Source: Acanthaster planci
Lineage: Eukaryota
Direction: 5' to 3'
Assembly (NCBI RefSeq): GCF_001949145.1
Contig: NW_019091356.1
Span: 3,392,934 to 3,456,933 of the forward strand
Length of the DNA stretch: 64,000 nt
Part shown: positions 12,977 through 23,458 of the stretch, piece after piece
How the letters are laid out: every line of letters begins with the position of its first letter
How positions within the stretch are numbered: the first letter of the stretch is position 1
Program-made: the position numbers and the translations under genes
Notes under the pieces: model-generated
Databases searched by the model: none
What the model was told of the DNA's origin: nothing
Seen by the model: the letters and a program-made list of their open reading frames with translations, nothing else

Positions 12977-15900
12977 GTAAGAGGCCATCAGAGTTTTCAC
13001 TGCAATTGTGGAATTCATTCTTGTGCGAAAAAATTGTGGGATCTCTATTTTTGACGTAGCCCAGGCACAATCAGTTTTCATTGTGATTGCCAAATTGTTC
13101 AATCTTGCAGCAAAAATTGTTTTCTTCTTTGTGACACAAGCAAAAAACCCCCAAACGAACCAAGAAGGCCCTAAAACATTTGAAGTCGCACACAGTCTTT
13201 TTACAATATTTACCAGGTCCAACTTTGGAACACAGTATCAGCTGTCGCAATGTCGTCTCTTTGAGTCGGTGACAGATGTAAGCAATGCTTCCCCCCCTCC
13301 CCACTTTGACATTCCCATGCTAGATAACCCATTTCAGCATCCAGCTGGCTTTCGTTTCTTTCAAGGAACATTGATCGGTGAGTCTAATGTCATCTGTGAG
13401 TGTGATGTATGACATTCAAGTTTGTGTATGTTCGTTTTTCTTCACTTCAGAAATCAAAATGTCGAAGCAACATCCAAAGGGAGAAGGGCATATGATGCAA
13501 AAGTCCAAATCTAAAAGGTAATGCTGTAAAATCAATTATTATCTTTAATTTTGTTGAATACATTTTACTATCGGTGTTTCAGTTTCCTTTGAATTTTTTG
13601 AGTTGTTTCCATGCGGAACTGATTTTAATTTCAGAGAACAACTTTGTTTTTAAATTTGGTTTGGTCAGTGGTTTAAATTGTTTTTCGGTTCTTCATTACC
13701 TTAACTTGGAAATAAGAGTGTTCCTTATAATAACATTCCACCACACTGGAAATTACCCCATCAAAAATTCCTGGTTGAGTCGTTGTTGGCGTTTGATTGT
13801 GCAGGTTACCAGCGACTTTTCTCCCTGGTTTCCATGACAAGGGGGCAGTGGAATGCATGCGGTACAACACACTTGGGAAAACAGGCCTGGAGGTTTCACT
13901 GATAGGGCTAGGTAAGTCGGCAAAGGGTCACTTGCGCCGTCCAATTTTTTGGCCAAGTGTTGCTGGTTTTTCATCAGATTCAAAGGAACAGTTTGTTTTT
14001 CTCAGTGGGCTCTTCGGGTGTAAAAGCAAGGGACCCTACCTTCACCTTGACGTGTGGTTATTCAGCATACACTGAGGAATGCTCCGAGTTCTGAGATTTT
14101 CCCTTGTCAGTGCACCGCCATCTATGATCAGTGCATAGGGCATTTACAAAACGAGTGGTTCAGGCTTGGTCTTCACAGGCTTCAGCCATTTGAGGAGACT
14201 GCAGGCTGGAACCAGTGAAGCCAAAGACTAAGCTGAAGTTCGTAAACGCCCACAGAGTCTTTAAACCGGCATCTCTTTTTTTCCTCTATGACAGGTGGAT
14301 CTCCCTTTGGTAGTGTGTTCCATCCCATGTCGCTAGAGATGGGTTCCAAGGTCGTCCGTAAGGCGCTGCAGAGCGGCATCAACTACATTGACACGTCGCC
14401 GTATTACGGCAATCGCAAATCAGAGACCATGTTGGGCAAGGTACAGAAAGGGGATGAGATCGCAGTGCTAGTAAAACAAGAGAAAAAGTGTACCGGAAAA
14501 GCAATCTGAGTACAAGGTTTATAAATGGATAAATGGCCTGTGAACATGCCCTCTCCTTGACCCGATGATTGATTTTGAGCAGATCATGTGACCTCCTGTC
14601 TCGTTGGTGTAGAACTGCTTCTTTCGCATTGTCGTCTTCACTTCATCTTTTTGATTCCCTCCCTAGATTCTGAAAGACATACCCAGGGAGGCGTACTACA
14701 TCGCCACCAAGGTCGGACGGTACAAGCCCAACGTGGAGGAGATGTTTGACTTCTCGGCCGAGAAGACGCTGAGCAGCGTGGACGAAAGCCTCCGATTGCT
14801 GGGCCTGGACTATGCAGACATCATACAGGTAAAAACTCACCGCAGAATTCCTGGGGGGGAAAAGCTGTAATTTAAAATGCACAAGAAAAAAAAAAAAGCA
14901 GAGGTAACGCTTTTGTAGAAAGCTGGTTTAGATGTGTAGTATAATTTTGCTGAGCATAGCAAAGTCTCATGAAGCAAAAATCAGGTTTACTAGGCAGAAT
15001 GCCCAGTGGTCGTGACTATTTCCCAGTAATACACAAAAATTGAAACCCGTGACTGAATTTTTTGGTTTGTTTTGGGTAGGTACATGATATCGAGTTTGCT
15101 CCAAACCTGGATGTTGTCCTTAAGGAGTGCTTACCCGCTCTGGAATGCGTCAAGAAAGCAGGAAAGGCCAGGTTCATCGGAATCACCGGCTTCCCGTTGG
15201 ACATGTACAGGTCAGGCACTGTCCACAGACTGGTTCCCTGCTGAAATGGCAAATAGAGTGTTATCTCTTGTGATGGTTTCCAGCTCATCAGCTCTGTGAA
15301 ATGTTGCACGATAGCTTACAAAAAAGATCGTGAACATTTCTCGTCATTCCAGTTGGCGAGCAGTTGTGAGCTGGTACCATTTGAAGAGCAACGAGCAGTT
15401 GAGATAATTATTCTTCTTAAAAAGAGCCGTTCTTCACAGCACTGTTGCCTACTTTTTCTTTCCTTTTTTTACGTTCTCACTTTAGAAATATCCTGGAACG
15501 TAGCACTGTGCCGATTGATGTAGCTCTTAGTTACTGCCATCTTACTTTGCATGATACGTCTCTACTGGATCTCATCCCGTATTTGAAGGTAACGTCTCCC
15601 CCCCGTAAAAAAGACAAGAAATGAATGTGAATGTTCAGCAAAAAAGCATTTGCACTTCCATGCACCCACTTGGTGTGTTGCCTGGTTTGGTTGGTGTGTA
15701 CAGCGTGATGGGTCGTCAAGGAAAGTTCAGTGGCCTGGGTTCCCTTTTTAGATCCATGATGAAAAGGGCATTTTGGCTAATAAATATCCATGAGATGTAG
15801 GTGTCATCCTTTGTTTTCTTTGGGGGGGGCAGGAGAAAGGTCTAGGTATCATCAACGCATCACCCATCAGCATGGGGCTACTCACCCACCGCGGTCCCCC

Positions 15901-16701
15901 CGACTGGCACCCGGCTCCCGCGGCTATCAAGGAGGCCTGCCGCGAGGCCGCCCTCTACTGCCAGTCACTGGGTGTCGACATCTCTAAGCTGGCCATGCAT
16001 TACACCCTGTCCCAGAATGCCACCGACCTCACCTTGGTCGGCATGGATACGGAAGAGATCGTGCGGAGCAACCTGGAAATTGCACTGGGGACGCTGACGG
16101 AACTGGAGAAGGAAACGTTAGATCATATCCTTAAAAGGTAACTCGTTCCTTGCAGCCTTGAAGAGCCAGAAATTTAACCCCTTCGCGCCATTAATTCCTT
16201 TGACCGTGACTGCTGGGCTATGTTGTGCCTGAATAGATGGCTTTGTCCATCAGCAGGTCCCATTGAACCAGCAGCTGCATGGTGAATAGACTGTATGTGT
16301 GGTATGCACAAATCCTCACACAAAACCGTGGCTCTTGCCGTCTCCCGGAGCGAAGGGGTTAAGTTAGATTAAGCTTGACAAGCCCAAATACATGTCCACA
16401 GAAAAATGGTAACTTTGTGTTTAATAGATGCTGGACTCTGGTGGAATATAATTATTCATTTTCGTGAAGTATTTCTCTGCGGTTTACAGAACTGTTGGTG
16501 TTAGATTAACAATTCGATCATCTTCCAAATGCTAATCTCCTTAACTTTCTGTAGCTGTCATAAAAAATACATTCAATTGGTAAATATGGTTCTGCCGGTT
16601 TTTCTAGGTTCTTTGAACCCCTGAAAAACAAGAGTTGGGAAGGAATTGAAGTGAAAAACTACCGTGCCAAGTTGAAAGATGTGGAGGGAGCGTGCCATTG
16701 A
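9175..16701 (+). CDS. Putative fusion protein: nucleotidyltransferase (NTP_transferase) + linker + L-galactose dehydrogenase-like aldo-keto reductase, 644 aa
   Basis: Sixteen GT-AG exons with matching phases and no internal stop: 9175-9372, 9603-9692, 9827-9906, 10503-10618, 10844-10938, 11239-11307, 11965-12023, 12864-12976, 13451-13517, 13805-13911, 14295-14440, 14667-14828, 15080-15210, 15486-15588, 15833-16137, 16608-16701 (TGA). Total 1935 nt = 645 codons. AATAAA near 17230. Confidence 0.7.
13805..16701 (+). CDS. Aldo-keto reductase module, L-galactose dehydrogenase / D-arabinose dehydrogenase-like clade
   Basis: N-terminus LPATFLPGFHD...MRYNTLGKTGLEVSLIGLGG. The complete AKR catalytic tetrad is present: D (GINYIDTS), Y (PYYG), K (IATKVG), H (IIQVHDIEF). 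Also RFIGITG, GIINASPISMGLLT, PPDWHPA and a C-terminal SWEGIEV, all typical of L-GalDH-like proteins. Confidence 0.92.
16178..16358. mobile_element. piggyBac-type non-autonomous element (MITE), 181 bp, in the last AKR intron
   Basis: Flanked by TTAA (16174-16177 and 16359-16362). TIRs CCCCTTCGCGCC and reverse-complement CCCCTTCGCTCC. Confidence 0.75.
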
Positions 16702-17300
16702 TGTATTGTGCCCAGACTTCCCGAGGCGTTTTTCCTGAGAAACAAATGGGTGAATCCTCCGGATCACTCCTCCACCATGCAGGAAACCAAGGACACATTC
16801 TACTCTTCCAGCTGGGCTCTAAATTCCTCAATCCGACAAAACTCTCCTAATGGGTCTCAAAGGCTCAGAGATGTGTAGGGTCACTTTGAATGCTTCATGT
16901 CCTTAAAATTTTGAAATCGAAGTATCAAGTTTTACAACAGTTTCTAACAATTTTACTGAAGGTATCTTTTTTTTCTTAACATTTGGGGAAAAAAATAATT
17001 CTAAGACATGTAGTGCTCTTAATTTTTCGTTTCTGTGTCTTTTGTATTGGCTATACAAAGACGAGATGAAGATTTCGGGGTAAATGTGTTCTATACCTTG
17101 TTATTGGCTTTAGGATGTTCTTCCATAATGGTTCTAAATTTCTTTATTGGGTTGATTGGGTGATGTTCTGTAGTTATTTTCTCTGATCAAGTGCAAACTC
17201 TTTTGTGGTGTGACAGTTTAAAAGAGTGAAATAAAAGGAACTTTTCAAAATAAAAAAGGGATTCTCGTAAAGGGAGCTGATTGAATGAACACCATGGAAG

Positions 17301-17554
17301 CAGAGTTGCTGACTCGACTTGTGACTTGACTTGGACAAAATGACTTGTTACCAACCCATCAGATGCTACTCGACCGGCCCCATATAGTTTTATAACTCAT
17401 AACCTTGTAAATTGACGCCTGGTTCTTTTTGCTTATTACTGCTGGACAAAATAATGTGCAGCTTGACTTGTACTTGGATAAAGAGACTTGTGACTGGACC
17501 GAATGACTTGTGACTTGACTTGGACTTGCAAAATATGACTTGCTGCCACCTCTG
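17301..17554. mobile_element. hAT-type MITE, 254 bp, with perfect 8-bp TSD
   Basis: CATGGAAG duplicated at 17293-17300 and 17555-17562. Termini CAGAGTTG / CACCTCTG. Subterminal GACTTG arrays at both ends. Confidence 0.85.
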
Positions 17555-18674
17555 CATGGAAGTGGAAGAGCTGTTATCCTTATTTAGCCAATCAGGATCA
17601 AGGTGGTGACGAGACCAGTCACATTCGTCCCTTTGTGTTTGCTCTTCCTGTGCCACTGGTGTTGAAAATAGTTGTCGTTGACAGTGACCATCTTATTTGG
17701 TAACTCTTCTTTTAAATTGTGTTTCACCCCCAAAAAACAAGCAAACGCATAACAACCAAGTAAACAAAAGTTGTTTATTCAGCCAATATTTTGTCAACAA
17801 TAAAGTGCAAATATATACAAAATCTCAATAGTTGGTGGGAATGCACTATTTTGTATAAAAGGTTAAATTATATGATAAAGATTAAATGTAGATCTAATCG
17901 CACGTTTGGCTTGTAATTATTCATTTAAAATGAGTAATATGTTTATTCCTACAGCAAACAATACTTTGCCCTTAAAATAAGTAGAAATCAATGTTTTGAT
18001 TGGAATAATTTAGCATAAAGTGTGAAAAATATCATTCTGATGCCTTGGGGTGGAATTCTGAAATTTTTATCCTGCAGTTTCCCATGTTTAACTCTGGATG
18101 TCTTTTTTTATATTAATCTATTCGTTGATTCTTACAATGTATTCTGTTTATTTCCATTAGAAAATAAATTGAAAAAGATGAGGTTTGTCTTGCATGAAAA
18201 TCCCTGCACTAATGTTTTACGTGGTTTAAGTTAGCTCGGAGAATTTGGTTTTGTGTAAAAGTAAATAAGCCTCTGCATTGCACTTTTAGTACACCTGTGT
18301 TTGATTGATAAATCTAGCCCTGAAATGGGAAAGGACAAACCCAACTCAGCACATGTATTTTAATTCAATTATTAAGCCACACAATCAATGTCACTCCCAA
18401 TTTTGTTAAGCAAGGCAACAGAAATTACAAGCCAGAACCTTCACAAATACAGCTGACTCATGCATAACTCATTCAGAGCTATATTATAAGCTGTGGAGCT
18501 GATCATTGTGAAGTTCTAAAAATAGTCTTGGGCATGCTCCTTGAAGCAGAACTGAAGACCTGTTGGTTTGCTCAAGTTTCACTGAAGCCTCTACTGTTTT
18601 AAACCCTGTTTTGCTCACACACATTTCAAGCCAGGAGATTTTGCAAGTGAATCCAGCAGTTCTGTGCATCTCTA

Positions 18675-21028
18675 TCAAGAGACATCCATGCTGTGTTCAT
18701 TGGCTGAGCTTGGGATACTCTGACTGTGAGCACCCACATCTCGGTATCTGTCGGCGTCGCTTCCTCCGTCGCCAAGACTACCCATCCTAGCTGCGCTGCC
18801 TCGATGACTTCCCCCACTGCTGGCCAGTTGGCTGTGCCTCTGTCCACTCATCTCTGTGTCCATCCAGCCTCCGGTCTGTCCACCAGCGTCGCCTCCCTCC
18901 CAGGGGGAGTGCACTGTGGAGGCTGAGTCCACCTGCAGCCTGGCAGCCAGTTGCCTAGCAACCTCCTCCCTGAATTGCTTCTCCCTCTTATCTCTCTCCA
19001 TCTCCGTCTGGATGCGTTCCCGTTCCTCCTCCTCCTGCTTCCACCTTGCATCCAAAGTGCCTTCAATCTGGTCGAGGAGGACAGTGTGAGGGGACCTGTT
19101 CTTCCTCCGGAAACGCTGTCAGTAAGAAAAAATATTTGTTTTCATCTCCATAGCAACCGAACCAAAGTAGAAGTGAGCATGTACAAAAAACAAAGACAGC
19201 TTTTTTCTCTCTTCGTGAGAATTTTCTTTGGGACTCACCGAGAATTCACCAGATGTTGTCGGCCATTTCAGAGGAGGCATGATGAGCTCGGGTTGGTAGC
19301 GGGGTTGAGGGGTCATCGCTTGACCCATCTGGCGACCTTGTGACCTCTCCGATCTTGGCTCAGGAAGCCCAAAAACTGAGACAAAGAGACGTTTACGTGG
19401 GTTACAACAGTGATCTTTTGAAGAACGTTTCTTTACTGATGTGACATTAAAAGCACGTCACACTCATTGCATTTGGGAATTTTCTCAGAAACAAATAACG
19501 TCCCCCTTGCTGTAGAAAAAAAAAAACTTTCTCTCATCTTTTGGTCATTTGTAAATCTCCTCATGTGACTTACTCATGTCTCTGTTTCTTGACTTGAAGT
19601 GGATGTTGTATGGATCATGCTCTGAGGCTGTGACAAACTCAGGCAAGCCAAGAGGACCCAATGGTGGATACTAGAAAAAAATGCAGAAACAATTAGGGAG
19701 AATCCTGGAATTATCGAGGGAAAGTCAGAAGACTTATGTCAGAGATTTTGTCACTATATTAATTTGATGTCTCTTTGCCGGATAAAATGGGACAAGCATA
19801 TTTATTTGCAAAATTTTGGAGATTGTTGAATGTACAAGTAACATGGGTCACTTTGTCTTGCAATTTCTGAATTTTGTTATACAAATAATTTGAATCTCTC
19901 GGATAAAAAAAATTGTTAAGAGGTCCAGGGTCCACGAACTTTCCCCTCAAATACAGCAGATATTTCTGACAGCCATAGACGGTATTTAGAGTGAGTTATA
20001 GCCTGATTTGTCCACTAAAATCGGCCAAAGAAAGAAAACATCCCCTCCCAATAAACGAAGAGGGCGAGAAGTACTGTTTTTAAAAACAGCTCTTGCCACC
20101 CAGACTCCACCATCTTACCCCCCTGAAGTCGTGCAGTTTCGGCATCTGATATTTCTCCTTGGGGTACATGCCCTCTTTCACAAATTTGACTCTGGTCTCA
20201 TGGGGGTCATCAATCCTGAATCGGGTCACCAGCTGGCTGCTGCGCGGCTGGACAGGTTGAAGGATCTTGGGCAACTCTACTGCCTTCTTTCCTTTGGCTT
20301 TCCCCACTGCTTTCTTCTGGCCTGTGTGAGAAACGGGGGAACAGAAAAACCAGTGTGTTAGACAGCAATTGGTAAACCCATCCAAAACTGTGATTGCAAG
20401 TTGAATAACCTTAAACAAATGTGCCAATTGTACCGAACAATTAAAAAACCTTAAAATAATTATATCTTTCCAGCCATGAGAGTTTGATACAAAATCAGTG
20501 GGGTCCAAAAAGTAACAAAAACAATTGGATAATATTTGTAAAGAGTTTTTCTCTGAATTTAACAGTTGCTGGGAAGTGCTGTCAATGAAAAGGAAAAAAG
20601 ATTATATTGAGTAACAAGGCTTCCATATAAACAGACAACTTGAAATCTCTGTCATAATCGTGTCATCCTGTCTGTTGAGATAAAAATGGTTTGACTGAAG
20701 TGATGGTGCGGAACTGAAAACTACCTGGAAAAGTCCCATATTTCCAGGGCTGCATGCTTCTCGGGAGTTCCGCTTGGGTGGCTTGGGAAGATACTGCTGG
20801 GGGCGGAAGTCTGGAGGAGGCCGGTCCCAGATGCTGTACTCCTTGGGCGGCTTTGTGAATGACGTAGCTGTCGCTCCGCGTCAGCACCAGGTCCCGGCCT
20901 GCGTTGAAGCGGCTCTGGGTGGCAAAGGAGAACTCGCGGATGTTCAGGCTCTGGGCGGCCGAGGGCTGGCGGGTGGGATGAGAGGCGTGATGACCTCTGG
21001 CATCATGCGAGGCCACCATGGTTGCCAT
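18675..21028 (-). CDS. Uncharacterised C7orf78-like protein, about 393 aa, with C-terminal charged coiled-coil
   Basis: Five coding exons in frame: 21028-20725, 20321-20119, 19670-19574, 19375-19239, 19115-18675 (1182 nt). Motifs KFVKEGMYPKEKYQMPKLHDFRGYP, LPEFVTASEHDPYNIHFKS and LIMPPLKWPTTSGEFSRFRRKNRSPHTVLLDQIE resemble human C7orf78 as I recall it. Non-coding upstream exon with donor at 21936; polyA signal at 17774-17779 (minus strand). Confidence 0.8.
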
Positions 21029-22196
21029 TGACTTCAAAGTCTAGCAATAAAAAAAAAATTACGAAAACAGCTGCATGAAACACTGCACTTGATAAGCCAC
21101 CAACATTGTGGATACAAATACATTAGGTGTAACTGCTTCAATCAACAGCAAACAACTATTTTGGGTCAGTCAGAACAAGAACAGCGTCAATACTCAACGT
21201 TGGTTGGTATATTCATACTCTGATGGGCACTGAAATTATTCCCTCACCACAGGTAAAAAAAATTGTCCAAAAGCAATAAAGAAAAAATAATCACAAGCAG
21301 AGTCTGTGAACGATCCCAGCTCCTTTCCCGCAGCAAGGGATTGGATGGCGTCTGGTATGTGCGACGCTGTGACAAATTACTCCTAAAGCTATTTATGCAC
21401 CTTTACCCAGTCTGATATCGATTACATGGGCCCCCGGGATTAAGTAACACAGCTGCATGGCTACTGTTTGTGTAGAACTGTGAAAAAAAAGACCCAGGCA
21501 GGTGTTTCTGGCATCATAGGTAATCCCAAATCTTCATAAATGCAGAAAAATTATGTTAATGTGACACCCTGGTTTGCCAACTTGGCCTGAGTCCAATAAT
21601 TCTTTGAAAGTGAGGCCATAGTGGATTGTGATTTATTTCTAAATCCTTTTTCCTACTTTTTTCATACTGTTTTGTACTTGTACATGCATTATCACTTTAT
21701 TGCTTGTTTTTTTATGTGTGTGTGTGTGTTTTTTTTTTAAGAATAGAAAGTTTCAGAGCCCGTAGAAGTTCAATAATATGCATAAGAAACTCAAACAACT
21801 GTGATGCAACAAAAACTCTGCAATTACAAGAAAACAGACACATAGAGAAAAAGTTGACCTTTCGAGCTTGTGAATAACCCTTAACTCAGAACTGAGACTA
21901 AAATGGAATCACAACAAACACCTGTACCCAACTTACTTCTTTTAACAGGCCTAGCTTCGTCCAGAAATTACGATCAAAAGAAATCTTTCATCGTTTTTGT
22001 CCTCCACACGTCCAGACAGAGTGTACTTCATGAGCAGATTCAACTCCTCCGAATCTAACCCAGAATATTTCGACAATATTTATTTGTTTTTATTGATCGC
22101 TGCATTAATACTTCGTAACCTCCATACCGGCCCACATTCACCTGTTGCAGAAGATATGCCGATACCCGTGCACCCGCTTGAGGTGTACACATTTCG

Positions 22197-22210
22197 GTTG
22201 ATATAGCAAC
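22197..22210. promoter_or_regulatory. RFX X-box-like site at the promoter of the C7orf78-like gene
   Basis: GTTGATATAGCAAC matches the palindromic X-box GTTGCCATGGCAAC at 11/14 positions. It lies near the 5' end of the non-coding first exon, with a CCAAT box at about 22242. Confidence 0.5.
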
Positions 22211-23268
22211 TGGGACTGATCCAACTGTTAGTAGGGGTGGTCCAATCAATTGATCGGCTTTCCCCTTGTAAAAATAGCTTTTTTATATTTGAATAGAAAC
22301 TAACCATTCGCCTCATACATATTTTTATCATCACAATAGTAAGTGCACAGAGTCAGCCAAATCTGAACGTCTGTATAAGTTGAAAATAATGAGAAATTTG
22401 GAATGAAAACAATATTCCGCCCACGTTAATATATGGACAATCCTATCACGTCTCTTCTAAAAGTTGGAACTGGGACCCTGTTGTTGGGACAAAAACGACG
22501 CCCTCTTGTGGAGTAAATAGACATTGAGAAAAGAACGGGGGGGGGCTTGAGGGGTATATTATGTACTAAGCACAAAATTCAACCTGTGCAGTTCATCAAA
22601 TTTGAGGGAAGGGCAGGCACTCTTTCATGAGGAAGAATTTTGGTTCCAAATTTTTTATGCTTTCAAAAAGACATGAAAAGTTTTGATCCGCTCATGTTTC
22701 AAGAATGAAACCTTGTAACCTTGTTCAACTACCGTCAATGCAGCGTTACGGTACATGTATTTTAATTAAAAATATTAAAAGTAAATCATTCCAATCCTGG
22801 CCTACTCTTATTCAAAGCTGATTTACTAATATCCTTTATTAACATTAATTTAAAAACAGTTTCTCCACAGAGAAATTAAATCTAACAAAAACCTGCATGT
22901 ATACAGGTACATGTACAGTACATGTTAATGAAAAGTTGCACCTTACAAGGTGCAGCAGACGACAGTGCCTAGCTGTCCATCACGCGCTACACTGCCGTCG
23001 AGGTCGCGCGGTATATTATGCATGTAAGCGAAAGTTACGCATGTAACGCGCAGAGTGGTTGCGCTATACAATTAATCTTATGACACATAGTGATCGAGTA
23101 CCGGTAAGAATGTACGCACGTTTGGGGAATACCTTGAAATAAAGGACATATTTCATCATTTCGGAGGGCTGTTGTGTAACCAGATCTCATCCGTTAGTTT
23201 ACGACTGGCCACAGGCATTTGGAAAAGCAATGCTGTCCGGGGAAGCTGCCTTAATTCTCATGCCGACA

Positions 23269-23458
23269 GCGTGCAAGTACCCGCTGAATGACTAAGCTCT
23301 TTATACGGCGACCGGCCAGGGATAGCGTGATTTTAATTCCAGCTCATGCAAATGGTCGGTGCACTGGCCGCCTGAACATCAAAGCGAGATCGACTTTGTA
23401 GCTAGCGCTGAGGAAGGCAGCAGTTATCCTCTGTTGATCAAAATATTAAATTGTAAGT
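23269..23458 (+). promoter_or_regulatory. Candidate promoter / first non-coding exon of ABCB1 copy 2 with ARE, XRE and octamer motifs
   Basis: CpG-rich patch containing GCGTG 23269-23273, ATGACTAAGC (RTGACnnnGC) 23288-23297, TAGCGTG (TNGCGTG) 23323-23329, ATGCAAAT 23346-23353 and donor GTAAGT 23453-23458. Confidence 0.4.

Noticed and set aside
9175..16701. Recent bacterial horizontal transfer or contamination as the source of the fused enzymes
   Set aside because: Both modules have many spliceosomal introns carrying host-type repeats and resemble animal family members.
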